This document shows positions 50,505-59,362 of a DNA stretch of 64,000 nt, piece after piece (positions within the stretch are counted from its first letter, which is position 1; each line of letters begins with the position of its first letter). Both the position numbers and the translations under genes were made by a program. The stretch is from NCBI RefSeq assembly GCF_009936135.1, contig NZ_CP047901.1, positions 631,927 through 695,926 on the forward strand. Reading direction: 5' to 3'. Under the pieces are notes generated by a model. The model had not been told where the DNA came from. It saw only the letters and a list, made by a program, of their open reading frames with translations, and did no database searches. Source of the DNA: Candidatus Chazhemtobacterium aquaticus. Its GTDB lineage: Bacteria; Patescibacteriota; Microgenomatia; UBA1400; Chazhemtobacteraceae.

Positions 50505-51371
50505 ATGAAAACAAAACTACTAGGCTTCTACAAACTCACCCGTGTCAATGATTTTTTTGCCCAATCATTCGCCACTGTCAGCTTAATGACTACTTTTATT
50601 GAGGGGACCATCAACCCTTTTACCTTTACCCACCTTTTTTTAACAAATCTCTTTATCACTGCTTTTTCCTTCGCTATCAATGATCTTGAGGATGCACCCG
50701 ATGACGCTCTAGACCCCAAAAAACGCTTAAGAAACCCCATCAGCGCAAAACTAATCACCCGCTCTCAAGGTCTTGTTTTTACCACTCTTCTAGCTATTAT
50801 CTCAATTCTCCTAGTCTGGCCATTTGGCAAACTAGCCAGAATAATTGCACTGACCTGCCTCCTATTGGGCTTTCTATACTCATATAAATCAGTCAGGCTT
50901 AAATCCATGCCTATCATTGACCTAGTCTCCCACGGTCTCTTTTTAGGTACAGCCCAGATCCTCATTACCGCCATTGGCTTTGGCCTTGAACTAAATCCCA
51001 AGATCTACCTGGTAGCTCTAATCGCCTTTAGTTTCTCCGTTCTTTCCGATTTCTACAGCGAAATCAGAGACTACAAGGTCGATCGCCTTTCAAACATCAA
51101 CAATACTGCCTCCATCGTTAATGTCGACGGTATAAAAAACAAAACTCATTACTTCCATGTCATCCCCGCCATCCTTATTACCCTCCTCTTACTATCCAAT
51201 TTCTCAGGACAATTCCAAATCATCCTGCTAGGATTAGCCTTAATCTTCGCCTTTTTCTACCTTATTTCCTCTGAACAATTCAGGCACAAGATTGCCCACC
51301 AGTACTTCAAGGTCGTACTAGTAGCTACAGGCACCATTCTGATTGCAGTCCACAGCTTCCAATATTTCTAA
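50505..51371 (+). CDS. UbiA-family prenyltransferase (membrane)
   Basis: Polytopic membrane protein with the first Asp-rich motif NDLEDAPDDALD (NDxxDxxxD). Confidence 0.7.
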   Translation: MKTKLLGFYKLTRVNDFFAQSFATVSLMTTFIEGTINPFTFTHLFLTNLFITAFSFAINDLEDAPDDALDPKKRLRNPISAKLITRSQGLVFTTLLAIISILLVWPFGKLARIIALTCLLLGFLYSYKSVRLKSMPIIDLVSHGLFLGTAQILITAIGFGLELNPKIYLVALIAFSFSVLSDFYSEIRDYKVDRLSNINNTASIVNVDGIKNKTHYFHVIPAILITLLLLSNFSGQFQIILLGLALIFAFFYLISSEQFRHKIAHQYFKVVLVATGTILIAVHSFQYF

Positions 51372-51470
51372 TTTTTTATTTTCTAAGTCGTCAAAATTCT
51401 CCCTATCTTCAATAGGGGAGAGGGGAGTCTTCTGCCCATATTCCCTTTAAATATCCAATAAAGACTCAAA

Positions 51471-51498
51471 GGGTTATATATCCCATAATATATAAACG
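51471..51498. other. Candidate dif-like Xer recombination site: GGGTTATATAT-CCCATA-ATATATAAACG, an 11-6-11 imperfect palindrome
   Basis: The arms match 9/11 as inverted repeats around a 6 bp spacer. It is 1 kb from xerC, inside a gene-free AT-rich segment where the polarised G-rich motif flips strand. Confidence 0.3.
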
Positions 51499-51963
51499 AT
51501 ATTTTTCGCCTATGTGGTTAAAGAAACAAGAAAATTAAAAACTAACTAATCATTTATCCACCATAAATTACATAAACAATCCTTACTTACCTAGTTTGCC
51601 TATCTATATCATTAATATCTAAGCGTTCACATTTCCAAATCATATCTATAGTCGAATAGGCTAGTCATGAAATTAAGAAGGATATGATCAAGACAACAGC
51701 CAACACTCCTTATCATCCGCACACAAACGACCTTAAAGCCACCACTACACTCGACAACCACACTCTGGCAATAAACAACACAACTCGTACAGTCCTAGCC
51801 TCAAAAAGCATGGCCTACATGCCTACGACCGCTTCTAATGCCTTCAGAAGGCTTTCCAGACACATGCAAGCTATCTCATTACCTCGAGAATACATTGATA
51901 TATAGGCATTTTAGGCAAAATGGCTTAATCAGATAATATCCAATTACTGATGTAAGAAAACTC

Positions 51964-51989
51964 AAAAATCCTTTCGGGTTTTTATTCAA
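51964..51989. repeat. Direct repeat copy A: AAAAATCCTTTCGGGTTTTTATTCAA, a hairpin-forming element
   Basis: A near-identical copy (23/25 nt) lies 98 nt downstream; AAAAAUCC/GGGUUUUU can form a hairpin. Confidence 0.6.
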
Positions 51990-52061
51990 AAAGGCGAACC
52001 AGGCACAAAGCCATAACTAGTGGCACAAAAACCGGGGAGTATAGTCATGCTTGTTAAGACC

Positions 52062-52086
52062 GAAAATCTTTCGGGTTTTTATTCAA
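52062..52086. repeat. Direct repeat copy B: GAAAATCTTTCGGGTTTTTATTCAA, with terminator-like CCGAAA/TTTCGG hairpin plus T5
   Basis: See copy A. The CCGAAA-ATC-TTTCGG stem is followed by GTTTTT. Confidence 0.6.
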
Positions 52087-52574
52087 TCCATCGTTGGGGA
52101 CTACTTGGCACTTCTCCACCACCTTTGCACCACACCATGTCGTAAAAGTAACATTGTACGACACAATCTCCTAGTCCGAAACGACTCTCGAACAAGTAGG
52201 GAAGTGAAGATGTATGTCCATCAAAAATATCCACGACACAAACCAACAACTAAATATTTATCTAACAAAACAAGGCTAATCTCCCCCCAGATGACCTAAG
52301 GCTCTTACCTTCTATATCCCGTGGAAATCGTGAAAAAATACCTATAGTTTTCCACATATCGATCAAACTGTATCAATTAAGGCTAAATTATCTACCCTTA
52401 GACTCCTCTCTCCCCCTCAAGATCTAGTGCCATAAATTTTTTGTATTGCTAGCCTCAAATCATGGCTAAATCAACAAGACCGGACAAGCCTGCTGTACTG
52501 TAATGTTATAGGATAATTACAATTCCCGCATAGACTATAGGTCTTCCCTACTCCATACCCGCGTCCTAAAAAAA

Positions 52575-53396
52575 TTAACGCCAACTTGTAATATAAAAAC
52601 TTGCCAAAAGCACCATCACCGCCACAGCCACATACTCATTCATTTGATTTTTAAACAACCTCCCCGAAAGGTACTGCTGTGACAAACCTAACACCACATA
52701 CATCACTGTCACCAGCATTAAGGCCGCCGTCAATCCCTCAACCGGCCAGAAAGCAAGAGCCAAAGCCGCCTCAGCCACGATTAATGCGCCGACCAATGAA
52801 TAAAGCCAAACCCGTCTACTTAACCCTTCCTTTAGTTGCATCGACCAGTTGCCCTGCAAGAAAAGAGGCAGAGACATACCACCCGCCAACAACGACAAAG
52901 CCCAGAATGGCAACTTAAATGAAACCAACGCATGAAACAAAAACAATCCCACTAACAAGGTCAACAAAAAACCTACCGCATGAGCTGCTCTCAACAGCTG
53001 AATCGTCCGTATTGCCGCCACACTAAAAATATTCTCAGTTAAATAAATAGCATAGTAACCCAGGCCAAATCCGACCCAAAACAACGCCCGAATCAAACTC
53101 GCCACCAACCTCGCTACATCAGCCTCAAGTCGTTGACCCAAAATCCGTGGTACCGACTCAGGCAAAAACAAAGAAAACAAACCCGCCCCAAGGGTGTAAA
53201 ACACCGGCAAAATAATAATCGTAATCCACTCAACCCCTTTTAAATCTTCAAAAAGCACCCACACAGACAACAAATAAGACAAAACCACTGCCACAATAAT
53301 TACCTGCAACCTATGTTCTGGCACTACAAACTGCATTGCCCACAATAACAACGCCATCAAACCAGAAGCTAAAACAAACTTAAACCGTTTAGTCAT
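52575..53396 (-). CDS. Polytopic integral membrane protein, hypothetical (about 8 predicted transmembrane helices)
   Basis: 273 aa, highly hydrophobic with regularly spaced helices. No catalytic motif recognised. Confidence 0.5.
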   Translation of the reverse strand: MTKRFKFVLASGLMALLLWAMQFVVPEHRLQVIIVAVVLSYLLSVWVLFEDLKGVEWITIIILPVFYTLGAGLFSLFLPESVPRILGQRLEADVARLVASLIRALFWVGFGLGYYAIYLTENIFSVAAIRTIQLLRAAHAVGFLLTLLVGLFLFHALVSFKLPFWALSLLAGGMSLPLFLQGNWSMQLKEGLSRRVWLYSLVGALIVAEAALALAFWPVEGLTAALMLVTVMYVVLGLSQQYLSGRLFKNQMNEYVAVAVMVLLASFYITSWR

Positions 53397-53410
53397 TACT
53401 ACCCTCTAGC

Positions 53411-53935
53411 TTAAGCCAAATTACTCCAGACCTCAACCACATCATCATGTTCATCCAAAGTCTCAATCAGTCTCTCAGCTGCATCCTTATCCTTACCCTC
53501 AAGCGTTATCTTAGGTGTTGGCTCAATTGTTTTTAAATAAGCAACCGACCCAGGCGCACCCAAACTTCCCCCATTCTTATCAAATATATTTTTAATCTCT
53601 GCTGATGTCCTGTTCCGATTATCAGTTAATACCTTCACAATCACTCCTACACCACCCACTCCATAACCCTCATACACAATCTCCTCCATCTTCCCCTCAC
53701 TCCCCTTTCCCAATCCCCGATCAATCGCTCTTCTAATGTTGTCATTGGGCATATTAGCTTCCCTAGCTTTATCAATTGCCAATCGCAGCGTCGGATTAAT
53801 CGCAGGATCACCACTGTTTCCTTCCTTTACCGCAATCGTGATCATTCGAGCAACTTTTGTGAACGTTTTACCTCTCTTGGCATCAACAACTGCCTTCTTG
53901 TGTTTAATAGTTGACCATTTACTGTGTCCTGACAT
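53411..53935 (-). CDS. YebC/PmpR-family protein (short form)
   Basis: [39 protein letters not shown] is the hallmark YebC N-terminus. 174 aa rather than the usual roughly 240. Confidence 0.8.
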   Translation of the reverse strand: MSGHSKWSTIKHKKAVVDAKRGKTFTKVARMITIAVKEGNSGDPAINPTLRLAIDKAREANMPNDNIRRAIDRGLGKGSEGKMEEIVYEGYGVGGVGVIVKVLTDNRNRTSAEIKNIFDKNGGSLGAPGSVAYLKTIEPTPKITLEGKDKDAAERLIETLDEHDDVVEVWSNLA

Positions 53936-54716
53936 GCCCAGTATTATAGCACCTCAACAATTAACCCTTGACGTCATCTCCACAATCATTTACATTTTCC
54001 TTCAGCTTATGAATCCTAACCTGCCAGACCTTATCAACAAATCTATCAAGGCAGCCCTTTCTCAATCCTGGACCGAAGCCATCGATCTCAATCTTCACAT
54101 TCTCCAGCACAAACCCAACGACATCCCCACCCTTAATCGTTTAGCCAAAGCCTACGAAAAATCATATGAGCCAGACAAGGCTAAAAAAACCTACCAAAAA
54201 GTCCTAAAACTTGACCGCTTTAACAACATTGCCATCTCCAACCTCTCTCGTATTAAAAAGTCTCCACCTCGTACTCCATCATCAGACATCACCAACTCAC
54301 ATCCTCAAAAAACATTCAGCTTCATTGAGGAACCAGGTAAAACGAAAACTGCTTCATTAACCAAACTAGCCCCAAAGCAAGTCATCAACTCTCTTGATAC
54401 TTCACAGGTAGTCATTTTAAAGCCTTACAGGCGCCGTATCAGTGTTTTCACTACGCAAGGCACCTGCATCGGCTCACTTCCTGACGATCTATCCCGCTAT
54501 TTACTCCGCCTTATCAAACTCGGCAACAAATACGAAGCTGCCATCAGAAATATCTCCCGCTCTCAAATAGAAATCTTTATCAGAGAAATCCATAAATCAA
54601 AACGTCTCAAAGGTCTTCCCTCATTTCCTTTAAAAGACACCAAAAACTATTTTGCTCTTCTCCCCACTGACCCCATCGCCGAAGTTCCTCTCGAACTACC
54701 CGAGTCAGAGACTTAA
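53934..54716 (+). CDS. TPR-like repeat protein, hypothetical (start uncertain: 53934 or 54012)
   Basis: TPR-like helices ([41 protein letters not shown]). The ORF-track start at 53736 would overlap yebC in antisense, so I place the start later. Confidence 0.45.
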   Translation: MPSIIAPQQLTLDVISTIIYIFLQLMNPNLPDLINKSIKAALSQSWTEAIDLNLHILQHKPNDIPTLNRLAKAYEKSYEPDKAKKTYQKVLKLDRFNNIAISNLSRIKKSPPRTPSSDITNSHPQKTFSFIEEPGKTKTASLTKLAPKQVINSLDTSQVVILKPYRRRISVFTTQGTCIGSLPDDLSRYLLRLIKLGNKYEAAIRNISRSQIEIFIREIHKSKRLKGLPSFPLKDTKNYFALLPTDPIAEVPLELPESET

Positions 54717-54743
54717 AAAAACCTCCCCGTTTCATCACTATCC

Positions 54744-55640
54744 CTATCTGTACCTTTCCGCCCACTCCTTTCCTATTACCACCCTCACATCACCACCCAC
54801 CCTATTCCCAGTTCTCTCTCCACAACCCATCTGTCTTTCAAGCCAATCAATACTCACAGACTCACTCTCACCCCCGCTCTCGTACCAACACAAACCATCC
54901 TCAACCTCAGCCGTATCTACCAACACCACCACTCCTCCAGCCGACTTAATCATCTGCTCCACCAATCTAGCCATACCCGGCTCACCGCTTGCGTTTATCA
55001 CCTCAAAACTTAAACTTTCAGCCAGTATCGCCGGACTTGCCCATAACCCTTCCATCCATGCCCATAATCCTCCTTTATCTACCCTTACCTCAGTCTGGCC
55101 ATCTGGAGTTACCTTCATACTTGTCAATCTCGACGGGATCCGCAAACTCTCCCTTTGATCATCTCTTAACTCGTTCCATGCCTTAACTGTACTAAAACTA
55201 TCCCACTTGCTCTCCGCCATTCCAGACCAAACTCTACTCCATTCAAAAGCTGCATCACCTCGCCAAACCGCATCAATCTTAACCCCCATCCAACTCTCTA
55301 AACTTCGCCTTACCATCTCCTCCGGTCTTCCCTCACTCTCACCAAATCGCCATAAAGATTTTACCTTTAACTCACCCTGGGTACCCACCAAAGGAACCAT
55401 CACCTCGCCAGGAATGACCACCTCAACCGCTCTCTTAGCCCTTGAATTAACCCCTACCACCCTTATCCACTCATCCTCAACTACTGCAGTAATATAAAAA
55501 CGATTCTCACCCCACTTTGACCTACCCTTCTCAAACACCAACCACCCAAACACTAGTATCGACAATATCAATACGGTAGCCATCAACCACCACCCACTCC
55601 TTCCTGAATTACTCTTTCCCCTACCATAATCACGCCTCAT
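54744..55640 (-). CDS. Membrane-anchored protein with C-terminal LytR_C-like domain, hypothetical
   Basis: N-terminal transmembrane helix (WWLMATVLILSILVFGWLVF). The C-terminal stretch FEVINASGEPGMARLVEQMIKSAGGVVVLVDTA resembles the LytR/CpsA/Psr C-terminal domain. The protein is Trp-rich. Confidence 0.45.
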   Translation of the reverse strand: MRRDYGRGKSNSGRSGWWLMATVLILSILVFGWLVFEKGRSKWGENRFYITAVVEDEWIRVVGVNSRAKRAVEVVIPGEVMVPLVGTQGELKVKSLWRFGESEGRPEEMVRRSLESWMGVKIDAVWRGDAAFEWSRVWSGMAESKWDSFSTVKAWNELRDDQRESLRIPSRLTSMKVTPDGQTEVRVDKGGLWAWMEGLWASPAILAESLSFEVINASGEPGMARLVEQMIKSAGGVVVLVDTAEVEDGLCWYESGGESESVSIDWLERQMGCGERTGNRVGGDVRVVIGKEWAERYR

Positions 55641-55672
55641 CCTTTCACTCTACCAGAACCTACACCCCTCTA

Positions 55673-56392
55673 TCAAACCATATCAAAATCTACCAACACT
55701 TTCTCAAGATCAGCGGGTAATTCAGCCTTAATCACCATTCTCTCTCCACTTCGCGGATGGTTAAACTCAATTATTTCCGCATGCAAAAAATGTCGAGACA
55801 ATATCTCGCGATCAACCTTTGCTTTCTTACCCAAATACATCAAATCGGCAAATAAAGGATGTTTCAAGTGCTTCATATGAACTCGTATCTGATGTGTTCG
55901 ACCAGTTTTCGGCCACAATCTCACTAAGCTATATCTACCACCCTCTTTAGTTAGCAGTTTTATCACCTGCCACCTCGTCTCCGCCTGCTTACCCTCATAA
56001 TTCACCTTCCTTTTTTCTCGACAAAGCGCATCTCTGGCAATTGGTAGTCGTATCACCCCCTCATTTGGTTCCAGCCAACCGTGTACTAAAGCCACGTAAC
56101 TTTTTTTTGTTTCTCTAGCCTTAAATTGGCGCATCAATTCCTTTAAACTCTCCTCATTTTTAGCTATCAACAAACAACCACTTGTCTCCTTATCCAATCG
56201 ATGTGCTAATCCACCCCTAGCCCGCATCAACTCACCCGTAGCCTCACCAATCCCTAGTTTATCTACTGCCCAATCCTGCACTGTTGTTCCAGCCGTCTCA
56301 CTCCTATTTACCACGATTCCCGCCGGCTTGTTTATCACCAGCAAATCATTATCCTCATACAAAACCGGAATCTCAAGCTTCTTTATTTTCAT
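55673..56392 (-). CDS. RluA-family pseudouridine synthase
   Basis: LVINKPAGIVV...HRLDKETSGCLLIAK contains the catalytic HRLD motif of the RluA/RluD family. Confidence 0.85.
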   Translation of the reverse strand: MKIKKLEIPVLYEDNDLLVINKPAGIVVNRSETAGTTVQDWAVDKLGIGEATGELMRARGGLAHRLDKETSGCLLIAKNEESLKELMRQFKARETKKSYVALVHGWLEPNEGVIRLPIARDALCREKRKVNYEGKQAETRWQVIKLLTKEGGRYSLVRLWPKTGRTHQIRVHMKHLKHPLFADLMYLGKKAKVDREILSRHFLHAEIIEFNHPRSGERMVIKAELPADLEKVLVDFDMV

Positions 56393-56801
56393 TAACCTGC
56401 TTATTTCTAAATCGCCAATAATCCATCAGCATTATCCCAAGCCCAGCGCTAATATACAAATCAGCCAGGTTAATCCACAAACCCACAAACTCCAAGTTTA
56501 TCCAATCAATCACCCGTCCATAAGCAAAACGATCAATCAGGTTAGCCACTCCACCCAAAATTATCACTCTCTCCCCTACCCGACTCTCATCTTTAAGTCT
56601 CAGCCACCACCAACATAAACAGACAAATACCAATATCCACCACCAATCAGTCCCAAACTGCCACCCAAAAGACACCCCCGTATTTTCAACATACTCTCCC
56701 CTACTCCAAAACCAACGCTTGCTTAAAAAATCAACCAGCAACAATACCAAACCAAAACTATTTAAGCTTAGCAGACTCCATTTTTTTCTCACACTCAACA
56801 C
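56373..56801 (-). CDS. lspA: Lipoprotein signal peptidase II
   Basis: Motifs NTGVSFG, GGVANLIDR and VIDWI with four transmembrane segments, adjacent to lgt. Confidence 0.8.
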   Translation of the reverse strand: MLSVRKKWSLLSLNSFGLVLLLVDFLSKRWFWSRGEYVENTGVSFGWQFGTDWWWILVFVCLCWWWLRLKDESRVGERVIILGGVANLIDRFAYGRVIDWINLEFVGLWINLADLYISAGLGIMLMDYWRFRNKQVNENKEA

Positions 56802-57162
56802 AATACTCAGCTGTTGGATTAATAGCTAACCTATCAGTATCAATAAGCTTGCCACATCTAGCACAAGTACCATAACTACCCACCTTAATCCTTGTTAAAG
56901 CCTTCCTGATATTAATCAAGCCCTTATCCACCTCCAGCTTAATTGCCTGGACTCGCTCATGCCCCATCTGTTCAGCTACCTCAGTATCAACTGCTGCATT
57001 GTTATCAACCCTATCTGTATCAGAAAACGGATCCTCCTTTGTCAACGATTTCTTCTGCCTCTTTAATCTCTTTTCCTCATTAAGAAGATAGTCCTTAATT
57101 GGTTTTAACACCCACGAAGGAAACCTAACCACTTGTCTAACCTTGCTTTTAATTTCAGCCAT
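56758..57162 (-). CDS. DksA/TraR-family C4 zinc-finger protein
   Basis: The C-terminal CARCGKLIDTDRLAINPTAEYCVEC is the DksA/TraR C4 finger; 134 aa. Confidence 0.7.
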   Translation of the reverse strand: MAEIKSKVRQVVRFPSWVLKPIKDYLLNEEKRLKRQKKSLTKEDPFSDTDRVDNNAAVDTEVAEQMGHERVQAIKLEVDKGLINIRKALTRIKVGSYGTCARCGKLIDTDRLAINPTAEYCVECEKKMESAKLK

Positions 57163-57184
57163 TATCCTAGTTTACACCACCCTC

Positions 57185-58033
57185 CTACTTTTTAAAAGTT
57201 TCTTGCCTACCCTTTCTTCGCTTTAACCTTGATATATCCTCCCAAAATCTTCTTCCTGATCTTTGATATATTCCTACCACTCCAATGCCTATTAATAATA
57301 ACCCCATGACCATATCTAAGGCCACTCCAAACACCTGGGTCTGCTCACCCCTAAACAAACTCGCCATAGAAAAACTCAAACCCAAAAACACCAACCAACC
57401 AAACCATAGAAATCCAGTTCTGGCCGCAACCCTTCCCGCTCGATACCATGACAAAGTCCTGTACTCTCCCTCCATCCTCCACCACCACAAGAAAAAGACG
57501 CTGCTAATAACTAACATGATCAGTTGAACCGGTACCAATTTCATTTCATAACCCGGAAAATTAACACCCCACCAACCCTGTGTCTCAGCCCCTAAATAAC
57601 TTCCGTTCAAAAATGCCGCTAAAAAACCCCACGGCAAAGCTGCCGCCACACCCAAACTTACATAATCAAGCCACAAAAAAACATCCTCTTCACTGTCTCT
57701 CAATCTCCACCACAGATACCCTACCCCCGCAATCAACCCACCCCACCAACACAACCCCACATAATTACTCAGCCACAACCACTTAAGTAAGCTAAAACCA
57801 AACTCACCAAAATGAGTCAGGATGTACCCAACTCTAGCCCCCACCAAACCCCAAAACAAACTCATAAATGCACTGTCCAGAAAAAACTTATCCTCAACAT
57901 GAGACTCCTTCGCCTTTTTCCACGCCACGAACAGACCCATCAGTACACCAATCACTAGCATCAATCCCATACTAGATATCTCAACTCTTCCTACTTTAAG
58001 TATCACTGGTAGCATGTTCCTATCATAAAACAC
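57185..58033 (-). CDS. lgt: Prolipoprotein diacylglyceryl transferase
   Basis: 282 aa polytopic membrane protein. The N-terminal MLPVILKVGRVEISSMGLMLVIGVLMG and the GARVGYIL region resemble the Lgt signature (G..R.G). Gene order lgt-dksA-like-lspA. Confidence 0.65.
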   Translation of the reverse strand: MFYDRNMLPVILKVGRVEISSMGLMLVIGVLMGLFVAWKKAKESHVEDKFFLDSAFMSLFWGLVGARVGYILTHFGEFGFSLLKWLWLSNYVGLCWWGGLIAGVGYLWWRLRDSEEDVFLWLDYVSLGVAAALPWGFLAAFLNGSYLGAETQGWWGVNFPGYEMKLVPVQLIMLVISSVFFLWWWRMEGEYRTLSWYRAGRVAARTGFLWFGWLVFLGLSFSMASLFRGEQTQVFGVALDMVMGLLLIGIGVVGIYQRSGRRFWEDISRLKRRKGRQETFKK

Positions 58034-58109
58034 CCAGCCAATAAAACCAAATCACTCCCCTACTCTATTTCATCACTATTTTGCTATACTCGAAAAAGAC
58101 CCTCAAGTT

Positions 58110-58556
58110 ATGTTATCCGTTACCCACGCCACCACAGCCGCCTTTATTACCACCAAGATTCCCTATCCTATTATCTCCATTCCCCTTGCCCTAGGCTCAC
58201 ATTATCTTGAAGACTATATTAAACACTGGGATGTTGGTCAGGGTATCAGTAATGGCCACAAAACCAAAAAAAACGCCTTCTATCAAGAACTTTTTCTAGA
58301 TTTTCCTCTCTCTATTCTCATCGTCTACCTTTTTTTCCAATATGGTCAGCCTTTCAGTATCTGGCCATGGGTTGGCTGGTTTATTGGCCTCCTTCCCGAT
58401 TTTGTAGAATTCCCAAGAAACTTTCTTAACTTTGAACCAGTCTTCTTAAAACCCTTCAACAACTTTCATCACCGCTTCCACAACTCAATCCCAGATAAAC
58501 TACCAGGCCTTATCCCTCAAATTCTCATCATCATCGCCATCTACTTCTTACGATAG
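58110..58556 (+). CDS. Hypothetical membrane protein (possibly DUF457/YdjM-like membrane-bound hydrolase)
   Basis: 148 aa with three to four hydrophobic segments and His residues near the helix ends (THATTA, GSHYLED). The family call is a weak guess. Confidence 0.35.
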   Translation: MLSVTHATTAAFITTKIPYPIISIPLALGSHYLEDYIKHWDVGQGISNGHKTKKNAFYQELFLDFPLSILIVYLFFQYGQPFSIWPWVGWFIGLLPDFVEFPRNFLNFEPVFLKPFNNFHHRFHNSIPDKLPGLIPQILIIIAIYFLR

Positions 58557-58593
58557 TCCCCTTCTCTAGAAAAAACTTTTTTCAAAGCTATCC

Positions 58594-59169
58594 TTAACTA
58601 ACCCTGGACACATAGCTAGTGGTTGCTGTATTTACCTTGACGGTGTCTCCGGTCTTGATAAACAAGGGTACCTGGATTACCAACCCGCTTTCCAACGTCG
58701 CCGGCTTGTATACATTGGTAGCACTATTCCCCTTAATCCAAGGCTCAGTCTCGACCACCTTCATCTCCACTGACGGCGGTAACTCTACTCCCAAAACTTT
58801 CTCCTCCCAGCTCACCATCCATACATTCTTACCCTCCACCAAATACTCTAGATCATCGCCCAACACCTCTTTTTTAATCTCAATCTGCTCATAACTAGAA
58901 GGATCCATAAAGTAAGCTTTTTCCTCGTCGCTGTACAAATACTGCATCTCGGTTTTGGTTAAATCAGCGCTCTCTACCCTTCCCCCTGACAAGTATGATT
59001 TATTAATAATCGCCCCAGTCATCAAGTTTCTCGCTTTCACCTTGATATTAGCCTTCCCTCTTCCCATTTTATGAAAATCAAAACTCATCACCCTATACGG
59101 CTGACCATCATCATCTACATAAGTCACCCCCATCTTTAATTTGTTTACATCGATTGTTGCCATAGCCAT
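58594..59169 (-). CDS. efp: Elongation factor P
   Basis: 191 aa; KPGKGxA-equivalent region (HKMGRGKANIKVKARNL) and the three-domain EF-P layout. Confidence 0.85.
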   Translation of the reverse strand: MAMATIDVNKLKMGVTYVDDDGQPYRVMSFDFHKMGRGKANIKVKARNLMTGAIINKSYLSGGRVESADLTKTEMQYLYSDEEKAYFMDPSSYEQIEIKKEVLGDDLEYLVEGKNVWMVSWEEKVLGVELPPSVEMKVVETEPWIKGNSATNVYKPATLESGLVIQVPLFIKTGDTVKVNTATTSYVSRVS

Positions 59170-59191
59170 TCAATATGCTAATCAATAATAG

Positions 59192-59275
59192 TGCCTGGAG
59201 TGGGAATCGAACCCACAAGGAGTTGCCTCCACAGGTTTTTGAGACCTGCGCGTATACCGGTTCCGCCATCCAGGC
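59192..59275 (-). tRNA. tRNA-Leu (anticodon CAA), long variable arm
   Basis: Reverse complement GCCTGGATGGCGGAACCGGTATACGCGCAGGTCTCAAAACCTGTGGAGGCAACTCCTTGTGGGTTCGATTCCCACTCCAGGCA, 84 nt, anticodon loop CTCAAAA. Confidence 0.85.
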
Positions 59276-59362
59276 AGACTAAAAAGACTTAAAGGTTGTT
59301 AAAAAAACCAAAAGCACTTTTACTCACCCCCCAATTTTAACTCAAAAATCAATCTTTAGCCA

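Noticed and set aside
52051-52299. 82 aa ORF (TTG start) and 73 aa ORF (51684-51905) inside the gene-free segment.
   Set aside because: The first starts at TTG within a hairpin repeat and reads through the second repeat. The second has an SD-like gaagga but T/N-rich low-complexity sequence. Neither has recognisable motifs, so they are treated as probably non-coding and mentioned only in the finding.
53736-53933. The first 66 codons of the 326 aa plus-strand ORF overlapping yebC.
   Set aside because: It is antisense to the highly conserved YebC N-terminus and is hydrophobic shadow-frame sequence. The plus-strand gene most likely starts at 53934 or 54012.
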